Part shown: in pieces, positions 1-10,143 of the stretch
Layout of the letters: each line of letters starts with the position of its first letter
How positions within the stretch are numbered: the stretch's first letter is position 1
Made by a program: the position numbers and the translations under genes
NCBI GenBank assembly: GCA_963674755.2
Contig: CAXXVS010000002.1
Location: forward strand, 768,001-832,000
DNA length: 64,000 bases
From: Desulfobacterales bacterium
Lineage (GTDB): Bacteria; Desulfobacterota; Desulfobacteria; Desulfobacterales; UBA5852
Direction: 5' to 3'
Notes under the pieces: model-generated
Told to the model about the DNA's origin: nothing
Databases searched by the model: none
The model's input: only the letters and a program-made list of their open reading frames with translations

Positions 1-56
1 TTGGGCGGTTTATGAGAAATGCATCGGAATGTATCCGGACGGACGAATCTGGGAGG

Positions 57-632
57 ATGGTTGTGAATACCTTTACGGTCAAGGACTTGATGGTTCCCTT
101 ATCCGAGTATGCCACCGTGCCCTTAGGAACAACGCTCTTTGAGGCCATGCTCGCCCTTGAAAAAGCGCAGGAAGAATTCGATCACACCAAATACAAGCAC
201 CGCGGGATTCTCATCCTGGACGATTCGAAGCGGGTCATCGGCAAACTCAGCCATCTGCACGCCCTCAGCGCGCTGGAACCCAAAGCCGATGAGAGCAGCA
301 GTATTAAAGAGCTGGGGCAATTCGGCTTCAGCTCTGGCTTTATCCGGGGGTTGCGCAAAAAACGACGCCTGCAGGAGGCGCCGCTTAGCGATCTATGTCG
401 CAAAGCCGTGGAATTGAAGGTGGAAGACTTTATGCACATCACCGCCGAAGATGAATTTATCGATCACGCGGCCACGCTGGATATGGCCATCCATCAGCTG
501 GTCCAGGAAAAGCTGCTGGCGCTTTTGGTGACCCGCGACGGCCGCACCATCGGTATTCTCCGCGTGGCCGATGTCTTTGCCGCCGTTTACCATCACATGA
601 CCGAATGCACTCTCGAACAGGAAGGCCTATGA
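57..632 (+). CDS. CBS-domain pair protein
   Basis: VKDLMVP...ATV and VEDFM...IGILRVADVF CBS repeats; GGAGG at 52-56 favours a start at ATG57 or GTG63; stop overlaps next ATG (ATGA 629-632). Confidence 0.85.
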   Translation: MVVNTFTVKDLMVPLSEYATVPLGTTLFEAMLALEKAQEEFDHTKYKHRGILILDDSKRVIGKLSHLHALSALEPKADESSSIKELGQFGFSSGFIRGLRKKRRLQEAPLSDLCRKAVELKVEDFMHITAEDEFIDHAATLDMAIHQLVQEKLLALLVTRDGRTIGILRVADVFAAVYHHMTECTLEQEGL

Positions 633-2047
633 AAGCACTGCAAGCACTCTTCGACCGCATCGTGCAGCGCGTCAATATCAATCTGCGCGAACTCGCTATC
701 GACGTCCGGCCCTACGTCGATGGTCTGGTCCCCTTCGAACAGCTGACCAAATTCTACGCGTTTTACGGTGTTACACCCCACCACGCATTGGATTTGCAGT
801 TCCGCAAATCAAGCCTTGCGGGGAGCTATTTTTTGGGCAAGTGCTGTGCTACGGGTTCGATCCTTTACAAGACCGATATCCGGGGGGACGAACTCAAAAA
901 GGAAGGCGACATCTATTCTTACAAGACCTTCAATATTGCGATTTCCGAAGACGAGGCCATCCGCATTCAAGACAGTCTGCTGGTTAAAACCCTGGTTCAC
1001 AATTTTTCCCATGACCCGGAAACCCTCGAAAATTTTTTCATCACCAATACCGTATCGCTCCACTATGCCAATATTCACGGATCGCCCACCGACGGGAGCT
1101 ACCTGGGGCCCTTTGCGACCGTGGATTTAACGACCATGAACGACTGTGTCATCGGCGCCTTCTCCTACATCCAGGCGGGTGAGATCGGTCATCTCGATAT
1201 CGAACCCGGGACGGTATGGGTCCGCAATCCGGATCAATTCAATTTTTTATACCGCTATCCCCAGGAAAAGCTGCGCCCCTACATCCATTTTGCCGCCGGG
1301 CAGACACCGCACGGCGTTTTGATGGATTTCGTGGAGCAACGCAAGGAGGCCTTTCAACACGTTTTCGAAAAGGTCAACCTGGAACCGGTTGTGGTGCCCG
1401 ACACCAGCTCCCTGGATCGGTTTGCCGTGATCAAACCCAAGACGATCATCCGGGAGAATGTTCTGGTGGCCCAACGGGCCTATCTGGAAAATGCCTACCT
1501 GGGCAAGGGGGCCAATGCCCAGGAAAACTGCTACATCATCAATTCGCGCCTGGAAGGCAACAATGTGACCGCCCATGGCGGCAAGATCATCGAAGCCGAT
1601 CTGGAGCCCAACGTGTTTGTCGGGTTCAACAGTTTCCTGTACGGCCGTCCCGGAAGCCGGCTGACGATCGGCCAGGACTGCATTATCATGCCCCATACGA
1701 TTATCGATATCCAACAGCCCTTGGCCATCCCGGCGGGTCATCTCGTCTGGGGGCTCGTCACCGGCCAGGCCGATCTGGCGACGAACAGCATCCCTCTGGA
1801 AGCGCTATCCGAGGTCAAAGACAGCCAGTGCGTCGGCGACATGTACTTCGAAGGCGATGGCGGGCGCTTTGTGAAAGCCTTCCGGGACCGTATCCACCAC
1901 ATCCTGGAAGCCAATGGCGCTTTTTACGACGGAAGCAACCATAAGGGGCATGCCCAAAAAAACCAGAACATCTCGTTCAATACGATCCAGCCCTATCCGG
2001 AGGGTGAATTCAAGGGCTTATATCCGACCATTGTCATCCGACCCTGA
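629..2047 (+). CDS. Left-handed beta-helix (hexapeptide repeat) transferase / gamma-carbonic-anhydrase-like protein
   Basis: Hexapeptide-like repeats (AYLENAYLGKGANAQENCYIINSRLEGNNVTAHGGKII...NVFVGFNSFL...LTIGQDCIIMPHTII); ATGA coupling to the upstream CBS gene. Confidence 0.7.
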   Translation: MKALQALFDRIVQRVNINLRELAIDVRPYVDGLVPFEQLTKFYAFYGVTPHHALDLQFRKSSLAGSYFLGKCCATGSILYKTDIRGDELKKEGDIYSYKTFNIAISEDEAIRIQDSLLVKTLVHNFSHDPETLENFFITNTVSLHYANIHGSPTDGSYLGPFATVDLTTMNDCVIGAFSYIQAGEIGHLDIEPGTVWVRNPDQFNFLYRYPQEKLRPYIHFAAGQTPHGVLMDFVEQRKEAFQHVFEKVNLEPVVVPDTSSLDRFAVIKPKTIIRENVLVAQRAYLENAYLGKGANAQENCYIINSRLEGNNVTAHGGKIIEADLEPNVFVGFNSFLYGRPGSRLTIGQDCIIMPHTIIDIQQPLAIPAGHLVWGLVTGQADLATNSIPLEALSEVKDSQCVGDMYFEGDGGRFVKAFRDRIHHILEANGAFYDGSNHKGHAQKNQNISFNTIQPYPEGEFKGLYPTIVIRP

Positions 2048-2511
2048 TAGGGGGGGACCGGTCCTCCGTCGACCGGCACAGAGAGATATACGCCTGCCCG
2101 CTTTCGGCATTGATTATTGACTCCATCTGCTTTCTAGGCTAATTCCTGGTGGATTTGAATTCAACGTCGGAACCGCTTATGACCACAGGGACCGCAATGG
2201 CGACTGTTGCATGGATGGCATCCCGGGCCGCTTCGTCACTGTGGGATCAGATTTGGGCGTTTGATGGATCATTTCCTTACGGCCGCATGGATGGGACTTG
2301 AGAGGGAAAACGGCTTTTCCTTGCGCAGGGCTGCCACCTCGCCCCACTCCGATGGCCCCGTCCGACCCGCCTTCCCCCATGCTTGGCAATTTTTGGATGA
2401 CAGCACGATTCCCGGCCCGATAGGGCCCAAGCGTCCGCCACGAATACCTGCACCGTATTCTTGCCTATTTCTCAAGAAACCAAGACCGCTTTCAACGTTA
2501 AAGGGGAACCC

Positions 2512-3075
2512 ATGAAATCTCTCATCGTATCGGACCTGATGATTCCGTTAACAGAGTACGCCACGGTTTCGGAAGACGCGACCTTGTGCGATGCCATCCT
2601 GGCCCTGGAAAAGGCCCAGGGCGAATTCGACCAGTCCCGCTACCGGCACCGGGCCGTTTTAGTTTACAACAAACAGCATAAAATTGTCGGCAAGATCAGC
2701 CAGATTGATGCGCTCAAGGCTTTGGAACCCAAATACAAAGAGCTCTTGACGGATTCCAGCACGCGACACCTCGGCTTCAGCAACAAATATATCCAGGGGA
2801 TGCTGGACCAATTCTCGCTTTGGGCCAACCCTCTGGCGGATATTTGCACCAAGGCGGCCGATCGCAAGGTTGCCGATTTCATGTATACGCCTACCGAGGG
2901 AGAGTATGTACGACAGGATGCCGCCCTGGATGTGGCTATCCATCAGTTGATCATCGGTCACCATCAATCGTTGCTGGCAACGGATGCCGCCGGGGAGATT
3001 GTCGGGATCCTCCGGCTGACGGACGTCTTTGTCGCGGTTTTCCACAAACTCAAGGAATGCAAACAGGAGTGCTAA
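2512..3075 (+). CDS. CBS-domain pair protein (paralog of 57..632)
   Basis: DLMIPLTEYATVSEDATLCDAILALEKAQ aligns by eye with the first CBS gene; AAGGGGA RBS before ATG2512. Confidence 0.88.
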   Translation: MKSLIVSDLMIPLTEYATVSEDATLCDAILALEKAQGEFDQSRYRHRAVLVYNKQHKIVGKISQIDALKALEPKYKELLTDSSTRHLGFSNKYIQGMLDQFSLWANPLADICTKAADRKVADFMYTPTEGEYVRQDAALDVAIHQLIIGHHQSLLATDAAGEIVGILRLTDVFVAVFHKLKECKQEC

Positions 3076-3147
3076 AAGAGCCCCTTAGACCGGTCTGCAC
3101 AGCATCGGTCCCTATACTATCGTAATCTCACTGAGGAGGAAGGTGAT

Positions 3148-4620
3148 ATGACGGACGGTGTGGCTGGCATCCCAAGCCAGATTAACTGGAAGAAAATGCT
3201 GTTTCTGTTTACGGGCATCATCCTGTTCGCAGTGACCTACTATTCTCCCCCCTGGCCGGATGCCATCGATCCCTTGGGCAAGCATTTCGAACTGACCCGG
3301 GAGGGCAAAGGCGCCCTGGCGGTTTTTCTGCTGGCCGGCACCTGGTGGGTTTTTGAAGTGGTTCCCATCGGGATCACCAGCCTGGCCATCGGGGTCCTGC
3401 AGGCCCTTTTCCTTATCCGCCCTGCCAAGGTGGCGTTCAAGGACTTCATGGATCCTTCGGTCATGTTCATCTTCGCGTCGATCGTCATTGGCTTGGTGTT
3501 TACCAAGACCGGCCTGACCCGACGCCTGGCTTATAAAATGCTGGCCATCGTGGGGGAGAAGACCAGCATGATTTACCTGGGCTGCTTCGTGGTGACGGCC
3601 GCCCTGACCCATATCATGGCGCACACAGCGGTGGCGGCGACGATCTACCCGCTGCTGGTAGCTATCTATTCCCTTTACGGGGAGGGGGACAAGCCGACCA
3701 AATTCGGCAAGGGCCTTTTTATCGGGATGGCCTATGTCGCCGGGGCCGGCAGCATTGTCACGTTGCTGGGGGCGGCCCGGGGCGCCGTCGCCTTGGGCTT
3801 CTATTCGGACATCATCGGTGAGTCGATCTCCTTTTTTAAACTTACCTATTACATGTTTCCGGTGGGCTGGCTGATGACCTTCCTGTTGTGGGGGTTCTTC
3901 ATGGTTTTTTTCAAACCGGAAAAGGCCACCATTCCCGGTCTGCGCGAAAAAGCCAAGCGCCTCTATGCGGAACTCGGGCCGTTGCGGCGGGAAGAAATCA
4001 TTGCGGCGACCATCGTCGGGGCCTGTATCGTCGTCATGTCCCTGCGGTCTTTCGTGCCGATGTTAAAACCCTTGGACAAAACCGGTATCATTCTGATTTC
4101 GACCATCCTGTTTTTTATCACGGGTATTCTTGACATCGACGATCTGGAATCGGTGCCCTGGAACATCATCCTGCTGTTTGCCGGCGCCATGAGCATCGGC
4201 TTTTGCCTCTGGGAGACCGGGGCGGCCAAGTGGCTGGCGGTGAACTGGCTGGTCATGTTCAAAGAGGCCAACTGGTTTGTGTTCACCATGAGCATCGCCT
4301 TTTTCGTCCTGGTCATGACCAACTTTATCATGAACGTGGCCGCCATCGCCATTTCACTGCCGGTGGCTTTCGTCATCGCCCCCTACCTGGGGGTGGCGGC
4401 CGACGTCATCCTGTTCGCCGCGCTGGTGACGGCGGGAATGCCTTTTCTGCTGCTCGTGGGGGCAGCGCCCAATGCCATCGCGTATGACTCCAAGCAGTTT
4501 ACCGCCGGCGAGTTTTTCCTGTACGGGATTCCGGCCAGCATCATGCTAATGGCGGTTGTGGGGTTATTCGTTTTCCTGATTTGGCCTATGATGGGGATGC
4601 CCGTGACAATACCGACTTAA
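3148..4620 (+). CDS. SLC13/DASS family divalent anion:Na+ symporter
   Basis: Many TM helices; WWVFEVVPIGITSL, VPWNIILLFAGAMSIG and GAAPNAIAY motifs typical of DASS; GAGGAG/AAGGTG RBS. Confidence 0.88.
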   Translation: MTDGVAGIPSQINWKKMLFLFTGIILFAVTYYSPPWPDAIDPLGKHFELTREGKGALAVFLLAGTWWVFEVVPIGITSLAIGVLQALFLIRPAKVAFKDFMDPSVMFIFASIVIGLVFTKTGLTRRLAYKMLAIVGEKTSMIYLGCFVVTAALTHIMAHTAVAATIYPLLVAIYSLYGEGDKPTKFGKGLFIGMAYVAGAGSIVTLLGAARGAVALGFYSDIIGESISFFKLTYYMFPVGWLMTFLLWGFFMVFFKPEKATIPGLREKAKRLYAELGPLRREEIIAATIVGACIVVMSLRSFVPMLKPLDKTGIILISTILFFITGILDIDDLESVPWNIILLFAGAMSIGFCLWETGAAKWLAVNWLVMFKEANWFVFTMSIAFFVLVMTNFIMNVAAIAISLPVAFVIAPYLGVAADVILFAALVTAGMPFLLLVGAAPNAIAYDSKQFTAGEFFLYGIPASIMLMAVVGLFVFLIWPMMGMPVTIPT

Positions 4621-4669
4621 AGCTGATGACGCACCGTTTACGTGCGATGGCAGGCCTTATTCCAACAAT

Positions 4670-4707
4670 AGCCCCGGTTTCCTATGAGTGGAAAGCCGGG
4701 GCTTTTT
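4670..4707 (+). terminator. Intrinsic terminator after the DASS gene
   Basis: AGCCCCGGTTTCC-loop-GGAAAGCCGGGGCT stem followed by TTTT; lies between convergent genes. Confidence 0.75.
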
Positions 4708-4767
4708 AAGCTTTCTGGGCGGTGGGTTTTCCTGCGGGGAAGGCCACAGGCGGATGCCGCGTGCGGA

Positions 4768-5475
4768 TCAGGCCTTCTTTAGGTTGGCGGCGGCAAAATC
4801 CCAGTTGAGTAGGTGATCGAGGAAGGCCTCGATATAACGGTCGCGGCGGTTTTGATAGTCCAGGTAATAGGCATGCTCCCAGTCGTCGATCACCAGCAGG
4901 GGTTGCATATCCATCACGAAGGGCGTTACCGCATTGGCCGTGCTCAATACGTTGAGGCGGCCTTCGGCAAGCACAAGCCAGGTCCAGCCGCTTGCAAAGT
5001 GGTTTCGGGCGGATTCTGCGAACAGCGTGCGAAAGGTTGCATAGCTTCCGAAGGACTTGGTAATCCAATCCGCCATCACGCCCCGGGGTTGGCCGCCTCC
5101 CTTGGGTTTCATACTGTTCCAATAGAACGTATGATTGCAAACTTGGGCCGCGTTGTTGAAAAGGGCGCTCTGGACGCAGGCCTTGGGCTGATAGCTGCCT
5201 TGCAGAATATCTACGAGGGGCTGCCTTTTAAGCCCTGCTTCGCGCAAGAGACGGTTGGTGCTGTTGACGTACGCACGGTGGTGCCGGCCGTAGTGGATGC
5301 GAAGGGTTTCCGCTGAAAGGTAGGGCTCCAGGGCGTCGAGTTCATAGGGCAGGGACGGCAGGCGGATGAGCGGATCGTCATCCTGAGCATCCCGTGAACA
5401 GCCCCATCCCGTCATCGCCAGGGCCGTCAAGGCACCGGCCTGCAAGGACCATTTGAGAAAAGCGCGTCGCTGCAT
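4768..5475 (-). CDS. sodB: Fe-type superoxide dismutase with Tat signal and putative lipobox
   Basis: LPY..DALEPY, HYGRHHRAYV, FNNAAQVCNHTFYW, DDWEHAYY motifs; N-terminal MQRRAFLK twin-arginine then hydrophobic stretch and GWGC; GGAGGAGG RBS before ATG5475. Confidence 0.9.
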   Translation of the reverse strand: MQRRAFLKWSLQAGALTALAMTGWGCSRDAQDDDPLIRLPSLPYELDALEPYLSAETLRIHYGRHHRAYVNSTNRLLREAGLKRQPLVDILQGSYQPKACVQSALFNNAAQVCNHTFYWNSMKPKGGGQPRGVMADWITKSFGSYATFRTLFAESARNHFASGWTWLVLAEGRLNVLSTANAVTPFVMDMQPLLVIDDWEHAYYLDYQNRRDRYIEAFLDHLLNWDFAAANLKKA

Positions 5476-5718
5476 AACACCTCCTCCGGTGAAGAGAATT
5501 TTTGCATCAAGCCGATCAAGATGAAGCCACCGGATCTGGGTGGCGGTTGTGCACGATCGGTGCCCATCCCTAAATGGCATCTCTTGGCCCCTGTCGGCGT
5601 TTTCGCCCCCTGCGGGTCCTCGGCGTAGCCGGGCTACGCCGGTGGGCACCAGTCGGCTGCGGACTTGCCAGAAACCATAATCGACCACCTCGGGATGGCG
5701 CTATCGACGGGGCCCGAC

Positions 5719-6138
5719 CTACAGATCGTCCTGAGACGATTTTTCCGGCAGGGCCGGTCTTACCTTCAGGACGATTTCTTTGCGGATTTGAACCGTGCCC
5801 GGTTTGGCGCCGCGGGGTTTGCTCACGTAGCGGGCCCGTGTGGCCGAAACGGGCACGACGCCTCCCTGACGGGCTTTGCTGTGGTAGGCGGCAATGGCAG
5901 CGGCCTGTTTGAGAATGCTCCGATCCGGTTCCTGGTCGGAAGGGACCCGCAGGACCACATGGCTTCCGGGCAGGCCTTTGACGTGAAACCACCAGTCATT
6001 GGGGGCGGCCATGCGCAGGCTCAGTTGGTCGTTATCTTCATCCGTGCGGCCGGCCAGCACCTGCCAGCCCTGGGGGAGTTGGTATTCGAAGACGCTGGGC
6101 AACACCTGCCGCTCGTCCGCGCGTCGATAAGTTCGCAT
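5719..6138 (-). CDS. NFACT RNA-binding domain (DUF814) protein
   Basis: GRTDEDNDQLS...DWWFHVKGLPGSHVV...AAAIAAYHSKAR...VSKPRGAKPGTV motif set. Confidence 0.85.
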   Translation of the reverse strand: MRTYRRADERQVLPSVFEYQLPQGWQVLAGRTDEDNDQLSLRMAAPNDWWFHVKGLPGSHVVLRVPSDQEPDRSILKQAAAIAAYHSKARQGGVVPVSATRARYVSKPRGAKPGTVQIRKEIVLKVRPALPEKSSQDDL

Positions 6139-6241
6139 GAAAATCGTTTCCGTTCAAGGGGGGTTGCATGCCGTTGGGGCTCAGGCCGTAAGGGGAATGG
6201 TACCGTAGCCGAAAACAGATCGGATTTCAAGCTGGGAATCC

Positions 6242-8221
6242 TCAACGGATCGCATATTCGCGGGCAGTCGGCGGCCGGATGGACCGGTCGGACCGGAGCG
6301 CTTCGATGTGCTGGGCCTTGAGGCATGCCATGGTGTGTCCAAGGCTATAGGCCAGATAGTACGTTTTGATATTGGAGACGTACCGAACCGTTTCCGATCC
6401 GATCAGCCGCAGAGCGGCGATTTCGGTATTCTGAAACCAGCGATTGGGATCGTAGCCGAGTTTCAGCGCGAGACGGCGGCATTCCCGGATACGTGCGGGG
6501 CCTGCATTGTAAGCCGCCAGAATGAAACGAATGCGGTCATCCGGCTGAAGGCCGGGTTCGGCAAAGTAGGCATCACGCAGCAGCGCCAGATATTTGGCGC
6601 CGGCATGCACGTTGTTCTCCGGGTCGTCGATATCCTCGATATCCACGTTGCTGTCGCTGGAAGTCGAGGGCAGGACCTGCATCAGCCCGACCGCTCCGGA
6701 GTGGGAGCGGCTGTGGTGACTCATCCGCGATTCCTGGTAGGCGATGGCCGCCAAAAGCATCCAGTCAAACCCATACTGGGCACCGTATTTTCGAAAGAGG
6801 GGAACATAGCGGGAAAACTTGGCCCGGTCCGTCGGGGCCAGGGGATTGTTGATCCAGCGGGTCTGTTTGAAATATTGGCGGTAGTAAATATTGCCGAAAT
6901 GCGATCCGCGGCGTCGCTCCATAAGAAACCGGTTCAGACTGGCCTTGAGCTCGGGGTTGCTCTTGCGGACCATCCAGGCGATGGGGGTATGTTCACTGAC
7001 CTCGGGAAATTCGTGAATGGTAATGTTCGGCAGGGTTTGCGCCCAAATGTGGGCAATGTGGCTTTCGACGATGCTTAGCTCGATGAGGCCCTCGTTGATG
7101 AGGGAGAGAATATCTTCGCTGCTGAGAATGCCATCGGTTTCCGCCAATTCCACAGGCTTCAAGTTCTGCACCAGGAGGCGGGCGTTGATGCGCCGTAGGG
7201 TTTTGCTGGATCGCCATCCCGGCTGGATGGTGATGCGTCGCTGGCTCAAGTCCGCAATACTGCGAATCGGTTGGGCCGTGGCGTGGGAGACGAGGACTTC
7301 ACTGACATTCTGCAAATAGGGAATGGTAAAATCAACTTCGTTCATACGTTCCGGCGTTATGCGCACACCGGCGGCGACAATATCGCCGATACCGGCCTTG
7401 AGGCTGGAGAGCAGCAGATTTTTGGGGACCGGGATGAATTCCAGCACGATGGGCAACGTGCCGTAGCGGCGGGGCTGGTTGAGGGCGCGCTCATAGTCTT
7501 TCAAAAGGCGATATTCGAAGCCGCCTCCGCTGCCGCGGGAAATAAAATAGGTTGACGGGGCATAGGTGGTTAAGACCCGGATCGTTCGACGGCGCAGCAT
7601 ATCCGGAAGATCTTCGATGTGGGGGGACGGCACGCGGGAAAGTTGCGGGACAATGGTGCCCAGGACGCTCTGATTGTAGTCGAAATCCAGTTTGCAGAAT
7701 TCTTCGCTGAGTGAAATCCGGGGATCGCGTTCGTTTTGCTGGGCCGATTCCCAGACGTTTTCCATGTAATGGGAGTAGGGCTGCAAGAGGGGGGCGTAAA
7801 CATATCCCAAAGCCACGGCCTGTTTGCGGGTCGAGCTGTGCTTGTCGAAAACCGCCGCCCAATTGTTGCCGATCAAATCGGCGCGCACCCAGTCGCCGGG
7901 CTGCAGGATAAGCCGCACTTCGGATTCAATGCGGGGCGCGGCCATAACGGCCACCGGCGTGCTCACGGTGCGCAGATGCCCACCGGGCTGCGCCGATCCG
8001 GGCGACCAGATCCCCAGAACCGCAAGAAGCCCCGCTACTGTGGTCAATACCCTTTTAGACCCAACCTCAAAAAGGTTTTTTCGCCCGCTATCGGCGCTCA
8101 AGCCTCGTCTCAGGTCCTCGCCATACGTGCGTATGCCGGCGGGCTGATCCTCGGCTTCGCCGTGATCTCGAAGGAAAACCCCAATCTTGAGATGCGTTAT
8201 AGAACAGCCAACCATATCCAT
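6242..8221 (-). CDS. mltF: MltF-like lytic murein transglycosylase (SBP_bac_3 + SLT) with N-terminal SH3-like segment; true start probably downstream of 8221
   Basis: GFEYRLL/GDIVAAG/VDFTIPY binding-protein domain; AIAYQESR catalytic Glu, GAVGLMQV, AAYNAGP and ETVRYV SLT motifs. Confidence 0.8.
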   Translation of the reverse strand: MDMVGCSITHLKIGVFLRDHGEAEDQPAGIRTYGEDLRRGLSADSGRKNLFEVGSKRVLTTVAGLLAVLGIWSPGSAQPGGHLRTVSTPVAVMAAPRIESEVRLILQPGDWVRADLIGNNWAAVFDKHSSTRKQAVALGYVYAPLLQPYSHYMENVWESAQQNERDPRISLSEEFCKLDFDYNQSVLGTIVPQLSRVPSPHIEDLPDMLRRRTIRVLTTYAPSTYFISRGSGGGFEYRLLKDYERALNQPRRYGTLPIVLEFIPVPKNLLLSSLKAGIGDIVAAGVRITPERMNEVDFTIPYLQNVSEVLVSHATAQPIRSIADLSQRRITIQPGWRSSKTLRRINARLLVQNLKPVELAETDGILSSEDILSLINEGLIELSIVESHIAHIWAQTLPNITIHEFPEVSEHTPIAWMVRKSNPELKASLNRFLMERRRGSHFGNIYYRQYFKQTRWINNPLAPTDRAKFSRYVPLFRKYGAQYGFDWMLLAAIAYQESRMSHHSRSHSGAVGLMQVLPSTSSDSNVDIEDIDDPENNVHAGAKYLALLRDAYFAEPGLQPDDRIRFILAAYNAGPARIRECRRLALKLGYDPNRWFQNTEIAALRLIGSETVRYVSNIKTYYLAYSLGHTMACLKAQHIEALRSDRSIRPPTAREYAIR

Positions 8222-8454
8222 ACGTCGTTTCGGTAAGGTGCGTCCTTCGTCTTGCGGTAAAATCGTTCAAGGCCCTGCGAATCAAAGGAACGCCTACCGC
8301 CATGTTACAGATTATCCGTGGATCTCGGGAGGGTCAAGCCGAAAGCGTTCGGCCGGGAACCGCCCGCAAGGATTGATCGGCCTTCCCTGAACCCGTCCTC
8401 CATCCAGCGATTGAAGGATGTCTTTGATCAACAGGGGCCTTCCGGCCCACCTGC

Positions 8455-10140
8455 CTATTGTTTAACCCCTTTAAGAGCAACGCTTTGAATTGATTGCCAA
8501 AAAGATCTGGTCAGCCTGGTGTCTGTCGCGTGAATGAATACGGTGCCGCCTGGATCGACCCCCCGCAGGATGCCGTCTGCGAGGAACCAGCTCAGCAATT
8601 GGCGGCCCATGTCAAGGCGCGTTCCCCCAAGACGGCGCCCGTCGTAGGAGGACGGCTTCGGGAAAGGCTGCTCATCCTGTCGATCCACGCATTGTTTCAT
8701 GAAGTTCAGCAGCCGGGCCAGACGCAGGAGGGTCAGGCTTTCTTCGCGTCGGGTGGTGTCATCGATGGGCAGCGCGGTGGAGCGCCAGGCGAGCGGAGTG
8801 TCGGGCAGCAGACCTTCAGATTCACAGCGGCGAAAATCCAAGCTGTCCGGTGCCGGATAGAAAACGGAGAGACCGACCAGGGCCCGGCGTGCGGCAAGAA
8901 AAAGCAAGTCATCAAGGGAAGAGCGAGGCGATTGCCCGGGGGCCCCCACGATCAGATAGCCGACCGCCGTCATATCCAGTTGGCCGGCCCATGCCAGGGC
9001 GCGGTCAAACGCCGTGGTGAGGAGCGGGCGGCGGAAGCGGCGGGTTTGAACGGGGTGGGATGTCCCCAGGGAGAGGTTCAACTCTCGGAAGCCGGCCGTC
9101 TTCATAAGCGTAACCGTCTCCAGATCCAAAGCCTGGGGGAAAAGGCCGTTCATGGCCCGCAGCTCAGGCGGGCGGTTGCCGAAAAAGCGCACCAAGTGAT
9201 GCAGCAGATCAGTGAACCAGGCCCGATCCAAGACAATGTTTTCGTCTTCAAAGTCAATCAGACCGATATCGTGGTCTTGGGCGGCCTGTTTGATTTCGCG
9301 CATGACATGGGCGACTGTTCGCCGGCGGTAGGGGATGCGGGAGTGAGCGCCCATGCAGCAATAGGTGCATGCCATGGGGCAGCCCCGGCTGGCGGCGATG
9401 ACGAGGGTCGTGCGGCCCCAGCGGCGATAATAGCGGTTCTTGACAAGATCGGGGCTTGGCAGGGGCAGATGGTCCAAATCCGCCGTATAGGCCGCCGGGC
9501 GGATGCAAGGTGCGTTGTGGGCTCGTTTGTAGGCCACACCGGGGACGGCATCGAGCGGGGCCCCCTTGAGCAGGGCATCGGCCAGAGCGGGCATGCTTTC
9601 CTCGCCCTCGCCGCGCAAAACGATATCCACGGCCGACTGCGCCAGGAGACGCTCCGGAAAAGCGGTGGGGTGGTGGCCCCCCAGAACGATGGTCGCTTCG
9701 GGGCAACAGGCCTTTATCTCCCGGGCACAGGCCAGGGCCATGTCTTCATAGGCTGAAAACAGGGAGGAAATGCCGATCAGACGCGCGCCGTACTGCTGGG
9801 CTTGCTCGGCGATGGTTGCTAGGGCGTAACCGAAATGGCGATATTGATGAAAGAGGGCGAAAGGCGAGCCATCCGGAGGGCCATAGGTGGTCGCAAGATA
9901 CGTCAGTTCCTGGGGCAGCGGCATCGGCCGGGATTTTCCGGTGGCCAGGGCATCCAGGATGGCCACCCGGTAGCCTTTTTGCCGGCAGGCCGCGGCGATG
10001 GAGTTCAGACCATAGGGGATGGTCCGCTTGGCGGTCAGGTAGAAATCCCGGATAGGCGGCTGGACCAGCAGAATATCGCACGGCAGGACTTGCAGGGGGG
10101 TGATCCCGGGCGGCTGGGGTGCCTTTCGATGGCGGGGCAA
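8455..10140 (-). CDS. B12-binding-domain radical SAM protein; start uncertain
   Basis: IVLGGHHPT and VLRGEGE B12-binding domain; SRGCPMACTYC CxxxCxxC motif. Confidence 0.88.
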   Translation of the reverse strand: MPRHRKAPQPPGITPLQVLPCDILLVQPPIRDFYLTAKRTIPYGLNSIAAACRQKGYRVAILDALATGKSRPMPLPQELTYLATTYGPPDGSPFALFHQYRHFGYALATIAEQAQQYGARLIGISSLFSAYEDMALACAREIKACCPEATIVLGGHHPTAFPERLLAQSAVDIVLRGEGEESMPALADALLKGAPLDAVPGVAYKRAHNAPCIRPAAYTADLDHLPLPSPDLVKNRYYRRWGRTTLVIAASRGCPMACTYCCMGAHSRIPYRRRTVAHVMREIKQAAQDHDIGLIDFEDENIVLDRAWFTDLLHHLVRFFGNRPPELRAMNGLFPQALDLETVTLMKTAGFRELNLSLGTSHPVQTRRFRRPLLTTAFDRALAWAGQLDMTAVGYLIVGAPGQSPRSSLDDLLFLAARRALVGLSVFYPAPDSLDFRRCESEGLLPDTPLAWRSTALPIDDTTRREESLTLLRLARLLNFMKQCVDRQDEQPFPKPSSYDGRRLGGTRLDMGRQLLSWFLADGILRGVDPGGTVFIHATDTRLTRSFWQSIQSVALKGVKQ

Positions 10141-10143
10141 GGG

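Noticed and set aside
2048..2511. 460-nt intergenic region with small ORFs (2207..2515 etc.), considered as a riboswitch or sRNA
   Set aside because: No recognisable Rfam-like motif or coding signature; sigma54-like GG/GC spacing does not fit
8494..9756. 420-aa plus-strand ORF, and similar long ORFs at 14040-14951, 14979-16010, 20959-22200, 31467-32840, 53491-54540 and 57220-58317
   Set aside because: Antisense shadows of well-supported genes, expected in GC-rich DNA; no recognisable motifs
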